Made by a program: the position numbers and the translations under genes
Shown here: piece after piece, positions 1 to 9,114 of the stretch
Layout of the letters: every line of letters starts with the position of its first letter
Numbering within the stretch: the stretch's first letter is position 1
Notes under the pieces: model-generated
The model's input: the letters and a program-made list of their open reading frames with translations, nothing else
Told to the model about the DNA's origin: nothing
The model's database searches: none
Virus record (IMG/VR): IMGVR_UViG_3300017914_002840
Span: 1 to 36,907 of that record
DNA: 36,907 nucleotides
DNA from: a virus
Taxonomy: Duplodnaviria > Caudoviricetes
Reading direction: 5' to 3' (one strand)

Positions 1-207
1 ACACATTTTATTTTGAACGTTGTTTAATAAGTCATCTCGTAGCTGAATCATTTCTTTACCATAGAACCATTCTTGGTAAGTTATGTCTCTCGTAGTTTTA
101 TTCCAAGAACCAGTTGAAGTATTACAACAAGGTTTAAACTTTCCACTTACTGAAGCAAATGAATGTATAAAAGGCAATGGACAAAATGTTTTAGATTGTG
201 TCGCCAT
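1..207 (-). CDS. Radical SAM/SPASM-twitch family protein, N-terminal part (runs off the window edge)
   Basis: Not in the ORF track; hand-translated from ATG at 207: MATQSKTFCPLPFIHSFASVSGKFKPCC...EWFYGKEMIQLRDDLLNNVQNKMC, the same FCxLPxxH...CC pattern as ORF 191..1660. Confidence 0.75.
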   Translation of the reverse strand, partial: MATQSKTFCPLPFIHSFASVSGKFKPCCNTSTGSWNKTTRDITYQEWFYGKEMIQLRDDLLNNVQNKMC

Positions 208-1660
208 CAGCTAGTTCCTTTTCTAATTTTTCGTCAATTGCTTCACCTAAATTTATAGCCACTTGATTATCTTTTGTTTCATCGAGTAAGTCTGCCATTT
301 CTGGAAATATCTCAGCAAAATTTGTTAACCTTTGTTTATCAAACTTTGTTATATATTCTCTAAACTCAGGCATACGTACCGACCAGTCTTCACTCATCAT
401 AAATTTAATCATACCTTGTAATCTTTTTACTCCGTAACTTGCGTCCATAAAAGTATCTTTGTCAGGTGCTCCACTTAACTGCCAATTAGATTCTAGCCAT
501 GGATAGAATTCTTCATACTTTTGTTTTGTTTTATTTTTGAACCATTGTGGCAATGATTTTACATTTAACTGAGGTGGCCAATATACAAAATGATAATTAA
601 TCATTCCTGCTCCAAAAGGCCATATGTTTATCTTTTTGAAGTTTTGCTCTAACTTCCATTTGATAAAATCAGGTATGTAATAAATGTTCAAGGCCTGCAC
701 TGCACAAGCAATGGTAACTTCTACTTTGTCTTCTGTGTTGTCTAACAAATGAAACTGCTTGACTGTGTGATCCCATTTTGAAGGATAACGTATATAGTCA
801 TTCATTTCTTTGATTGAGTCTACACTGTAATGAAATCTTACTCTTTTAAAATGACTCCATAGTTCAAATAGTCTATCAGGCATTTCAAGACCATTTGAGT
901 TATAACGTAATTCTATTTTGTGTGCATATCCACGTTTAACAACTTCTTCAAGTAAAGTATAGTGTTCTTCAATAATAGTAGATTCACCGCCTGCAAAATA
1001 CAGTTGATACATGTGTGGTATTTGTTCATACAACTGATCCCAAAACTTTGGATTATTCTTATGCCAATTATATCCTGCACCATGCACTTTACCTTTGTTA
1101 TCCCAGCCCATTGTTTGTTTTAAATTTTCGTTCTCAATAGTAGGATAAACTGCATTCCAGTCTTTTACCCACAATGAAGAATCATGTGGTGAACACATGA
1201 TACATTTTAAATTACATTTAGATCCCATACGTAAATCCAAGTATCTAATTTTAGGTGGTATCGATCCGTCTTCTGCTGTTTCGCCTATAATTTCGTCAAT
1301 GTCATATCTGTTTAACCAGTAATCTGTTTCCCACATTCTTTTTGAATTATGGCCGGCGGCTTCTTCTTTGTAACATTTTAAACAACTAGGTGGCATTTCT
1401 CCGTTAAGCATCTGTTTACGAACATTCTTCATGTAGTCGTTGTTCCATGCTTCCATTAAATTTGAATTGTTTAAATTTGCTGGTGCTCCACTTTCTGTTC
1501 TTAACACACCAACCTGTCCACCATGTTTTTTATCATTAGTTGCCCCTACACTAGATGCATTTGCTGTACAGCATACTCGCATGTTGCCATCAGGTCTTGT
1601 AGACAGATGCATCCACGGTAACGCACAAAAAGTTTTAGATGGTAATTTTTTATTGTTCAT
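191..1660 (-). CDS. Radical SAM protein with N-terminal SPASM/twitch-like Fe-S domain
   Basis: CNLKCIMC (CxxxCxxC), FAGGE, YNSNG; N-terminal FCALPWMH...VCC...CLKC. Confidence 0.85.
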   Translation of the reverse strand: MNNKKLPSKTFCALPWMHLSTRPDGNMRVCCTANASSVGATNDKKHGGQVGVLRTESGAPANLNNSNLMEAWNNDYMKNVRKQMLNGEMPPSCLKCYKEEAAGHNSKRMWETDYWLNRYDIDEIIGETAEDGSIPPKIRYLDLRMGSKCNLKCIMCSPHDSSLWVKDWNAVYPTIENENLKQTMGWDNKGKVHGAGYNWHKNNPKFWDQLYEQIPHMYQLYFAGGESTIIEEHYTLLEEVVKRGYAHKIELRYNSNGLEMPDRLFELWSHFKRVRFHYSVDSIKEMNDYIRYPSKWDHTVKQFHLLDNTEDKVEVTIACAVQALNIYYIPDFIKWKLEQNFKKINIWPFGAGMINYHFVYWPPQLNVKSLPQWFKNKTKQKYEEFYPWLESNWQLSGAPDKDTFMDASYGVKRLQGMIKFMMSEDWSVRMPEFREYITKFDKQRLTNFAEIFPEMADLLDETKDNQVAINLGEAIDEKLEKELADGDTI

Positions 1661-1683
1661 TTGTAGTACTTATCCTATTTAAA

Positions 1684-2760
1684 TCAAGCAAATTGAGAAC
1701 CAAACGGATCAAATTCAGCACCACATTTCATTGCACACACTTTTAATTTTCCATTGCTACAGCCTTTAATATTCCAACTGTTTGCAATATCATCAAAAAT
1801 ACCAGTTTCAAAAACCTTGTCTAAACCTTGTTTGGCATTGAGTTTTTCTTTGCCGCCGGCTCTGTCAATGAAATCCCAAATCTGTTCTTGTTTTGGATCT
1901 TTGTGCCACCACTTGTACATTCTACCTGCTGTCCAACAGCAAGGCAATGCTAGACCTTCAGCTGACACATATAAACTGTTGTCTTTGGTTACTTTACAAA
2001 TAACTGGTGCTACATCATAATATGCATCCATTGTTCCATACTTTTCAATCAACATGTCGTATTTGCTGAGTTCTTTGTTTTGATATTTTTGATCAGGCTT
2101 TTTTAAAACTGCTGTTTGCTTACCTTTTTTGCTAACTGCATGATGTTCTTCTTTTTTCTCAGACTTTGACGAAATAAATCTTCCTGTTTTTTTTGCAACA
2201 AACTTTTCAAAGCCCAGTTCATCTGCTAGTGCTTTTGCTTGATCTAGTTGATGTTGATTGTGTTCAAATATTAAAAAGTCCCAACGAGCTCTTCCGCCAT
2301 TTTTAATAAAGGCTCGCATACTTCTTTCTACATTGTCCCATACTACACCTTGACGGTATATATGATTAGTGTCGTGTAAGCCATCAACACTGAAAATAAC
2401 AGTACCCATCTTGCCGAAAACTTGTGCAAGTTCTGTCCACCATTCTTCATTTTTTGCTCCTGCGTTTGTATTCATACTCAACCACATAGTTGGGTTATGC
2501 TGTCTAAAGTATTTGAATATTTCTAATGTGTCTCGTGCAACAATAGGATCACCTAAATTTCCACACATATACATTGACTGTAGTTGTTTAACAAAATCTG
2601 GTGTAAAAATATTTTTACAGTCTTGCAGTGTTAATTCATCTAAATTGATATGTGGATTGATGCCTTCACCATTCATGTTTCTGTCACACATAGGACAAGC
2701 CGCTTGACACTTCTGTGTAACTTCTAAATGAATTGTTTTTATATCTTTGTACTTGTACAT
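1684..2760 (-). CDS. Radical SAM protein with C-terminal SPASM/twitch-like cysteines
   Basis: CQAACPMC, GNLGDP, FSVDG; C-terminal PCC...CAMKC. Confidence 0.85.
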   Translation of the reverse strand: MYKYKDIKTIHLEVTQKCQAACPMCDRNMNGEGINPHINLDELTLQDCKNIFTPDFVKQLQSMYMCGNLGDPIVARDTLEIFKYFRQHNPTMWLSMNTNAGAKNEEWWTELAQVFGKMGTVIFSVDGLHDTNHIYRQGVVWDNVERSMRAFIKNGGRARWDFLIFEHNQHQLDQAKALADELGFEKFVAKKTGRFISSKSEKKEEHHAVSKKGKQTAVLKKPDQKYQNKELSKYDMLIEKYGTMDAYYDVAPVICKVTKDNSLYVSAEGLALPCCWTAGRMYKWWHKDPKQEQIWDFIDRAGGKEKLNAKQGLDKVFETGIFDDIANSWNIKGCSNGKLKVCAMKCGAEFDPFGSQFA

Positions 2761-3611
2761 TATTTGTATCCAATTCTCATGTAACGAGAATATTTTTCTA
2801 ACACAAGCTCTCCTTGATATAACACATCTTTCATCGGTGTACTATTTGCAAAAGTATTTAAGCTATCAGAACAATTAACATGCTCTGGTAAATCAAAGTA
2901 ATTATTTGTTTGTAAAATAACCAATTTACCTTGAGGAATTTTTGCATACCATTCTGCAAAATTTTCTATGTGTTCACAACTAGTGTTTATTATAGTGTTA
3001 GGACTATCAGTTAATTCACAGTCTGTACTATTTGATCTTTTTACATGGTAAACGTGTGTATCATAATCTATTTCATTTATATTTTGAGTGGAAGATTTAA
3101 ACTGCCAATCTTTCATAACCCAGGGCTTGTTAAATGTTTCTGCTATTTTCCAGCAATTTTCATCTATGTCAAAACTTCTAATTTTTTCAATATCAAAATC
3201 GTTTTCAAATAACATTGTAGCCAGTGTGCCATACCAGCCAGCACACAAAAATACAGTGCCAAGTTTTAAATCATCTGTTCTACCGTCAATTTTTTTTAAT
3301 TCATCAACCAGCCACTTTTTGCTCTGTAGTTGTCCTCTACTAAAACAATCTTCATCTATGGATATATTTTCACTTAAAAATCTTTTAAATGTTTGAACAA
3401 AAGATGTATCAACATATTGTGACAATAATTTATACATAGACCATTCATTATGTTCCATTACTACTTTTCTAATATCATCTTTATTTTGATCTGTTACAAT
3501 ACGAAAGATACTTGACAAATCTTTGTCAACGTATGCTCTTCTAAAATCAGATAGATCTTGATTATGAGGATATAAAATTTCAAATTTATCTAATAGAGTT
3601 TTGATATCCAT
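2760..3611 (-). CDS. Class I SAM-dependent methyltransferase-like protein
   Basis: VFLCAGWYG glycine motif, IRSFDID acidic motif, INTSCEH. Confidence 0.6.
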   Translation of the reverse strand: MDIKTLLDKFEILYPHNQDLSDFRRAYVDKDLSSIFRIVTDQNKDDIRKVVMEHNEWSMYKLLSQYVDTSFVQTFKRFLSENISIDEDCFSRGQLQSKKWLVDELKKIDGRTDDLKLGTVFLCAGWYGTLATMLFENDFDIEKIRSFDIDENCWKIAETFNKPWVMKDWQFKSSTQNINEIDYDTHVYHVKRSNSTDCELTDSPNTIINTSCEHIENFAEWYAKIPQGKLVILQTNNYFDLPEHVNCSDSLNTFANSTPMKDVLYQGELVLEKYSRYMRIGYK

Positions 3612-4287
3612 TAAATTTCTCCCTTAGCCAATCAAAATCATTTATTTTATTCAAATCATCTGGAGAATCTTTGTACCGTTCACCGTATGCTTTGCCTTGA
3701 ACTGCACCAGCAATAGCATATTCTCCAAACGGTCGATCTTGACCTTGTGTACACCATACTTCTAATCTTGGATCAGTTTCATGGTCTTTTTGTTTTTCAA
3801 TAATTTTACTTGCAAGTTTTGTGCATTCTCTAAATGCAGATTTAAATGTGTTGAATGGATCTGTGTTGAATCTAGTTGTGTTGCTCACTGGCGGCATTGG
3901 CTTGAATTTGTTCGCACCGCCTACACTTGTTGTAAAATCAATACGCCAGTCTTTTGCATCACGCAGAGCTTGTGTTGGAAATAGTTTAACACCGCCATAA
4001 CCGTATATGAGATCATTAACAGGGTTCCTACAACGCCATGTGTGTATTTTATCTAGATCCCATTTTGTTGGCTTGTAAGTAAAATCAAAACCAGGATCTA
4101 GATCTGCATCAGCATCAACCACATAAAACATTTCAGTGTAAGCCTGCTCGGCACACTTTTTATGAGCATTAAAAATACCTTTGACTCCGGCAACTCGCTG
4201 AGCCCATGGAAAGCTGGATTTTAAATTTGCAAATGTTTCATCTGCAAATTGTTCTTGGTAACTGAGATGAAATATATCGTATGACAT
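3586..4287 (-). CDS. Glycosyltransferase-like (GT-A fold) protein
   Basis: FYVVDAD DxD motif, YGYGGVKL; 233 aa. Confidence 0.55.
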   Translation of the reverse strand: MSYDIFHLSYQEQFADETFANLKSSFPWAQRVAGVKGIFNAHKKCAEQAYTEMFYVVDADADLDPGFDFTYKPTKWDLDKIHTWRCRNPVNDLIYGYGGVKLFPTQALRDAKDWRIDFTTSVGGANKFKPMPPVSNTTRFNTDPFNTFKSAFRECTKLASKIIEKQKDHETDPRLEVWCTQGQDRPFGEYAIAGAVQGKAYGERYKDSPDDLNKINDFDWLREKFNGYQNSIR

Positions 4288-4892
4288 TAAGCACGTTGCT
4301 CTTCAATCTTATCAATCAATCCAAACTCAACTGCTTGAGTGGCTGTCATAAAATTATCACGCTCCATTGAATTTTGAATTACTTCTAAAGACTGTCCTGT
4401 GTGTTTGACATATAAGTCATTTAACGTTTTCTTTGTGTCTAAAATATCTTTTGCATGAATTTCAATATCAGTTGCTTGTCCTCTAAATCCACCACTTGGT
4501 TGATGGATCATTATTTTACTGTGAGGTAAAGCAATTCTCTTACCGTTTGTACCAGCCATTAACAATAAAGATCCAGCACTGGCCGCCTGGCCAATACACA
4601 CTGTGGAAATATCAGGTTTAATATACTGCATTGTGTCATACATTGCTAATCCAGATGATACTACACCACCTGGTGAATTAATATACATAAAAATGTCTTT
4701 GTCTGGTGATTCAGATTCAAGAAATAGTAATTGGGCACATACAACACTTGCAACATGATCATCAATTGGTCCTGTAACAAAAATAATACGTTCCTTTAAA
4801 AGTCTTGAATAGATATCATAACTTCTTTCTCCTCTTGAAGTTTGATCAACTACCATTGGTATCAGTGAACTCATAATGTTTTCCTCTTTCAT
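4287..4892 (-). CDS. clpP: ATP-dependent Clp protease proteolytic subunit
   Basis: [23 protein letters not shown]; catalytic triad motifs GQAASAG (Ser), MIHQP (His), ERDNFM (Asp); true start may be the Met at 4874. Confidence 0.97.
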   Translation of the reverse strand: MKEENIMSSLIPMVVDQTSRGERSYDIYSRLLKERIIFVTGPIDDHVASVVCAQLLFLESESPDKDIFMYINSPGGVVSSGLAMYDTMQYIKPDISTVCIGQAASAGSLLLMAGTNGKRIALPHSKIMIHQPSGGFRGQATDIEIHAKDILDTKKTLNDLYVKHTGQSLEVIQNSMERDNFMTATQAVEFGLIDKIEEQRA

Positions 4893-4913
4893 AATCTATC
4901 TTTAATTAGTATG

Positions 4914-4931
4914 GAGCGACCTGAGTCGCTC
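4914..4931 (-). terminator. GC-rich hairpin between rubrerythrin and clpP (possible terminator or processing site)
   Basis: GAGCGAC-TCAG-GTCGCTC perfect 7-bp stem; U-tail is weak. Confidence 0.45.
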
Positions 4932-4938
4932 ACATAAA

Positions 4939-5364
4939 CTATTTGCTACCCAAATAATTGTCTAGCGTTCTTTGAAATTTGCCTGCATGTGACTTCTCAG
5001 CCTTTGCAAGTGTTTCAAACCAATCAGCAATCTCGTCAAATCCTTCATCTCTGGCTGTTCTTGCCATACCTGGATACATATCTGTATACTCATGTGTTTC
5101 TCCATGAATTGCAGATTTTAAGTTTGCTTCAGTTTCTCCCATTGGTTCACCTGTTGCAGGATCTCCAACTTCTTCTAGATATTCTAAATGGCCATGTGCA
5201 TGACCAGTTTCACCTTCTGCTGTGCTTCTAAAAACACTTGCAACATCAGGTGCACCTTCAATATCTGCTTTTTGAGCAAAATAAAGATATCTTCTATTTG
5301 CTTAGGATTCTCCACTAAACGCCGCCATTAAATTGTCAGCAGTTTTTGTACCTTTTAAAGACAT
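4939..5364 (-). pseudogene. Rubrerythrin (ferritin-like), 141 codons, interrupted by an in-frame TAA at codon 21
   Basis: MSLKGTKTADNLMAAFSGES*ANRRYLYFAQKADIEG...EGETGHAHGH...continues in frame into track ORF 4939..5142 (GETHEYTDMYP, AEKSH); the stop at 5302-5304 sits where the family has Gln (GESQANRRY). Confidence 0.85.
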
Positions 5365-5388
5365 ATTTTTTCCTTTTGTTATTTTTAC

Positions 5389-5417
5389 ATTTTATAATAT
5401 TTTGTTAACATTGTCAA
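5389..5417 (-). promoter_or_regulatory. Sigma70-type promoter upstream of rubrerythrin
   Basis: TTGACA (5417-5412), 17-nt spacer, TAAAAT (5394-5389). Confidence 0.65.
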
Positions 5418-5747
5418 TCATATATTCAATATCATTCTGGCTTCTTCACTCATCATTTCTGGACCAAATGGTGGATCAAAAGTAGTTATGATCATGCATT
5501 TATCTACTCCATCAATGCATTCAGTTGCTTGTTGAATGTCATCTATAATTTCATCTGCGGCTGGACAAAATGCAGATGTTAATGTATGAGTTACTGTAAC
5601 TGTAGGTAATTTTGTCATGTCAATATCATATATCAATCCAAGATCATATACATTAATGGATATTTCTGGATCATAAACTTGTCTTAAATTTTCAATAATT
5701 TCTTTTTTAATTTTTTCTTCCTTTGACAATGTTATTGGTTCCGTCAT
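5418..5747 (-). CDS. Fe-S cluster assembly protein, SufT/MIP18/DUF59 family
   Basis: VYDPEISINVYDLGLIY and TLTSAFCP motifs. Confidence 0.9.
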   Translation of the reverse strand: MTEPITLSKEEKIKKEIIENLRQVYDPEISINVYDLGLIYDIDMTKLPTVTVTHTLTSAFCPAADEIIDDIQQATECIDGVDKCMIITTFDPPFGPEMMSEEARMILNI

Positions 5748-6316
5748 ACAGCCTCCACTCTTTTTACTTCTTTAACATAGTGTCTTAGCATGTTTTCAAT
5801 ACCCATTTTTAAAGTAGCAGTTGAACTTGGACATCCAGAACATGCTCCAAACATTTCTAAATATACTACTCCATCTTCAAAACTATGAAATATAATATCG
5901 CCGCCATCCATTGCTACTGCCGGTCTTACTCTAGTATCTAATAATTGAATTATTTCTTTTTCAGCTTTGCTTTGTCCTACATTAGAATTCAAATCCTCAC
6001 ATGCCGGTGTTGGTTGATCTTCAATCACAAAAGGATGATCAGAATTATCATAGTCTCTAATCATTTCCATGATTTCAGATCTAATATTTCCCCAATCCAC
6101 TGTATCATTTTTACCCACAGTGATAAAGTCAGAGCCAAAGAATACGTCAGTGATACCTTCAAATTGAAAGATCGAATACGCCAATGGAGCATCTTCTTTT
6201 GGATTGTTTACTGGATCTTTTTTATAAAACAGAGGTGCTTTACTACCTCTCACTTCCCTTGATACTACAAATTTTAAAGCATTAGGGTTTGGTGTTTGCT
6301 CATATACAACTGACAT
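5744..6316 (-). CDS. NifU/Nfu-type Fe-S cluster carrier (Nfu_N plus NifU-C domains)
   Basis: TPNPNALKF N-terminal domain; RVRPAVAMDGGDI...GACSGCPSS. Confidence 0.93.
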   Translation of the reverse strand: MSVVYEQTPNPNALKFVVSREVRGSKAPLFYKKDPVNNPKEDAPLAYSIFQFEGITDVFFGSDFITVGKNDTVDWGNIRSEIMEMIRDYDNSDHPFVIEDQPTPACEDLNSNVGQSKAEKEIIQLLDTRVRPAVAMDGGDIIFHSFEDGVVYLEMFGACSGCPSSTATLKMGIENMLRHYVKEVKRVEAV

Positions 6317-6317
6317 A

Positions 6318-6950
6318 TTATTTTGCCTCCATTAGTTCTAGTAACTCATGTACTCCATTGTAAGCAAAGTACACTGCTAACGCACCCAATAACCATTTGC
6401 TGATAGTAAAGAATGTACCAACATTGATTTGTGCTATACCTTTTTTCATTAAAATATAAATTACACCAAGTGCAACTGCACCTACTACACCACCAAACCA
6501 AATACTATAAGTTTCTGCAATTGGTGACGCAAATAATCCTGCATAAAATAAAACAATTTCAAATCCTTCTCTTAGTATTGCAAAGAACACTGCTAATGAT
6601 AATGTGATTGCTGTGCCTGTAGTTATTGCTGTTTTGATTGCACCTTCCACATGTTGTTTTGCTGTGTGACACCAAAATGCCACATAGGCCAAAACACCGG
6701 CCGCAATCAACATGGTCACACCTTCAAACAGTTCTTCATGTACATGTGTTAGTGATGATATGAATGTAAATCCTATGGCTATGATAATTGAAGCAAGTAC
6801 GCCATAACCTATACCTTGCCAAACATATTGTTTTTTGTCTTGTGCGTTGAGTTTTTCCAAATAGGTAAAAATCAACATGGCAATTAACATTGCCTCAAAT
6901 CCTTCTCTCAATATGATAAAGAAAGATCCCATAAATGGTGCTATACTCAT
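6318..6950 (-). CDS. FTR1/EfeU family iron permease
   Basis: Two REGFE (RExxE) motifs in a multi-transmembrane protein. Confidence 0.92.
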   Translation of the reverse strand: MSIAPFMGSFFIILREGFEAMLIAMLIFTYLEKLNAQDKKQYVWQGIGYGVLASIIIAIGFTFISSLTHVHEELFEGVTMLIAAGVLAYVAFWCHTAKQHVEGAIKTAITTGTAITLSLAVFFAILREGFEIVLFYAGLFASPIAETYSIWFGGVVGAVALGVIYILMKKGIAQINVGTFFTISKWLLGALAVYFAYNGVHELLELMEAK

Positions 6951-7009
6951 ATAAACTCCTTTCGATGCTTACTGTGACCCTTGCAGTGCCACATATTTTC
7001 TAGCTTTTG

Positions 7010-7327
7010 TTATTCAGGTTCAACTGTAACGTTCAAAGGATGACCAGCGGAACGAGCCATTGCAGTTGATTCAATTGCTTTCTGTTCAGCGATTTCGTGT
7101 ACATAGGTACCGACTACTGCTTTTCCTTTGTCATGAATTAACTGAGTTAATTCACTAGCTGTGTCATTGTCATGATGAAATATATCAACAAGAATACTTA
7201 TTACAAATTCCATTGGTGTATAGTCATCGTTCATAAAAAGTACATGATACTTGTTTGGTTCATGTAATTTAATATCTCCAACTGTGTCAACATTTGGTGA
7301 TGCGTTTGGTGATGCGTTTGCTGTCAT
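7010..7327 (-). CDS. clpS: N-degron recognition adaptor ClpS
   Basis: VLFMNDDYTPMEFV, IHDKGKAVVG, EIAEQK, GHPL. Confidence 0.95.
   Translation of the reverse strand: MTANASPNASPNVDTVGDIKLHEPNKYHVLFMNDDYTPMEFVISILVDIFHHDNDTASELTQLIHDKGKAVVGTYVHEIAEQKAIESTAMARSAGHPLNVTVEPE
7293..7320. repeat. 12-bp tandem repeat in the ClpS N-terminal extension
   Basis: tttggtgatgcg twice plus tttg; encodes NASPNASPN. Confidence 0.7.
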
Positions 7328-7329
7328 TT

Positions 7330-7863
7330 TTATTTCTCCATCATTTCTACATCAGGTAGTATATACTGCTTCATTTCACCACCTTCTGTTGTTTCGCCTT
7401 TTTGCTTCATTTCAGCTGGCTTGCCTTTCAATGTTTTTATTTCAATTTTAATTGGTTGTCCTTCACTCATTTGTCTTAATTTTTCCAACTGATCATGTAA
7501 TTCTTTATTGTATTGTACATAAATTCCACGCGGTTGTCTATGATTAATTAAGTCAATTATTTCTGGAAAAACATAGTCATATTCATATTCTGGAGAAATT
7601 AACCATACATAAATCTTGTCATTTCTTTCATCAGCATAGTAAGACAGCATAATTCCTTTGCCATCTGGTAATTTATCCTGTGGTATAGACCAACCATAAA
7701 TCATGTTTAGTCCTTGATACATGGTTATTATTGTTATCACAGTTAAAGTAGTTGCTACTACTTTAATTAATGTTTTAAATCTTTTGCTTCCAACAATAGC
7801 CATACATAGAAAACTTCCAAGTATTGCTAATCCTATCAGAATTATTAAGTGTCCTGCTATCAT
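7330..7863 (-). CDS. Membrane protein (two N-terminal TM helices plus soluble domain), third gene of the ExbB/ExbD-like unit
   Basis: Two hydrophobic segments; start overlaps the upstream stop codon. Confidence 0.6.
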   Translation of the reverse strand: MIAGHLIILIGLAILGSFLCMAIVGSKRFKTLIKVVATTLTVITIITMYQGLNMIYGWSIPQDKLPDGKGIMLSYYADERNDKIYVWLISPEYEYDYVFPEIIDLINHRQPRGIYVQYNKELHDQLEKLRQMSEGQPIKIEIKTLKGKPAEMKQKGETTEGGEMKQYILPDVEMMEK

Positions 7864-8498
7864 CTTCCATCCGTATTGTCTGCCATTTTAAATGGCAGAT
7901 CACTTGTTTCTACAACATTACCATCTGTATCCACTGTAAACCTCAAAAATGTTTTTTCATCACCTTGAAAATTCAATGTTTTTGTTCCAACATAAATTAA
8001 TCTGTAAGGATTTAACTTTTCAATTTTTACAGTAACTGGTACACTTTCACTAGGTTGATATAACTCTCCTGTTGGTAACTTTTTTTGTACAGTTGATTTT
8101 GAATACCAATGTGCATTTACAATGTATTGTCCTGGCAACACTTCTCTAATTGTGATGTGTTCTTCGTTGAGTCTGAAAAATATATCTCCAGACACTGTGC
8201 TAACAACATCATTGCTAGTTCCTAAATCATCTCTATCTAAATTGTTTAATCCTTTATCTTTTTGTTTGAAGAAAACAAAATGATCTGCTGGATCTTTAAG
8301 ATAGAGATCAATGTCGTCATGGCTGTCAGCTGGCCATGACATAGTAATTATATATTCAGCTTTTACAATTATATCTCCTTTTTTAGCAACCGGATTGATT
8401 AATAAAAATGCTATAATGAATAACATTGTCAATCCTATTGTGATATTAAAAAGAAGATCAATAAAAGCAATAGAAGTTTTATATCGGTCTCTTCGCAT
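7860..8498 (-). CDS. ExbD/TolR/MotB-like single-TM protein with YfaP/DUF2135-like external domain
   Basis: AFIDLLFNITIGLTMLFII TM with the conserved-position Asp; WPADSHDDIDLYLKDP...LDRDD...GQYIVNAHWY. Confidence 0.55.
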   Translation of the reverse strand: MRRDRYKTSIAFIDLLFNITIGLTMLFIIAFLLINPVAKKGDIIVKAEYIITMSWPADSHDDIDLYLKDPADHFVFFKQKDKGLNNLDRDDLGTSNDVVSTVSGDIFFRLNEEHITIREVLPGQYIVNAHWYSKSTVQKKLPTGELYQPSESVPVTVKIEKLNPYRLIYVGTKTLNFQGDEKTFLRFTVDTDGNVVETSDLPFKMADNTDGR

Positions 8499-9006
8499 CT
8501 TGCTTTTCTTTTACATAGTTGTCAAAGTGTGATTCTAATCTAAAAAATTGAACTTTGAGTATTACACTTGTAATCAAGCCTACCAGTGTTGTGTAAAGAG
8601 CTGTACTCATGCCTAGACTCATGTTCATTAAACTTTCTTGCACACTGTCTGGATCTGAGATATTTAATTCAGCAAATGCTCCCACTAACATCAAAATAAA
8701 TCCACTTACTGTTCCAATCAAACCAAGTGTTAAACATATTTCAGACGAAAACCAACCTGTTTCATATCTTCTCTTTAAATCTTGATCAGGATCGCTGTTT
8801 TGAATTTTTACTTTGTTGAGTTTCCATGCTTCATATCCACAAAATAAAGAAACTACTGTGAATAAAGCCAAAATAAGAAAACTGATTTTTGTCTTATCAG
8901 CATTCCATAAAACTTCAAATATGTCAAATGATGCTAAAACTGTTGTTGTTAAACAAGCTGTACAGAAAAACCACCACCATTCTAAAAATACTTTATACTT
9001 GATCAT
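8479..9006 (-). CDS. MotA/TolQ/ExbB proton-channel family protein
   Basis: LGLIGTVSGFI...GMSTALYTTLVGL signature helices. Confidence 0.85.
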   Translation of the reverse strand: MIKYKVFLEWWWFFCTACLTTTVLASFDIFEVLWNADKTKISFLILALFTVVSLFCGYEAWKLNKVKIQNSDPDQDLKRRYETGWFSSEICLTLGLIGTVSGFILMLVGAFAELNISDPDSVQESLMNMSLGMSTALYTTLVGLITSVILKVQFFRLESHFDNYVKEKQDAKRPI

Positions 9007-9056
9007 AATATTGTTTTTCCTTTACTTTGTTTATTTAGTGTAAATTTATTTTATGG

Positions 9057-9092
9057 AAAAACAAAGAAATAGTGGCGGTAAACCGCCACTAT
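9057..9092 (-). terminator. Rho-independent terminator after hsp20
   Basis: ATAGTGGCGG-TTTA-CCGCCACTAT followed by TTCTTTGTTTTT on the minus strand. Confidence 0.85.
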
Positions 9093-9114
9093 AATGAGTT
9101 ATATTAACAAAACT

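Noticed and set aside
5302-5304. Alternative genetic code (stop reassignment) suggested by the rubrerythrin TAA
   Set aside because: All other long genes are uninterrupted in code 11, TAA is the usual stop, and no suppressor tRNA is present.
5385-5410. Irr/Fur-type iron box at the rubrerythrin promoter
   Set aside because: Only a weak half-match in very AT-rich DNA; not distinguishable from background by eye.
6970-6995. Hairpin in the FTR1 leader as an iron-responsive RNA element
   Set aside because: A 6-bp stem (TGTGGC/GTCACA) exists, but it does not cover the SD and matches no element I can name.
7860-9006. Zorya (ZorAB) defence system or flagellar MotAB
   Set aside because: No long ZorA tail, no OmpA-like peptidoglycan-binding domain and no zorC/D/E or flagellar genes; kept only as a generic motor-family finding.
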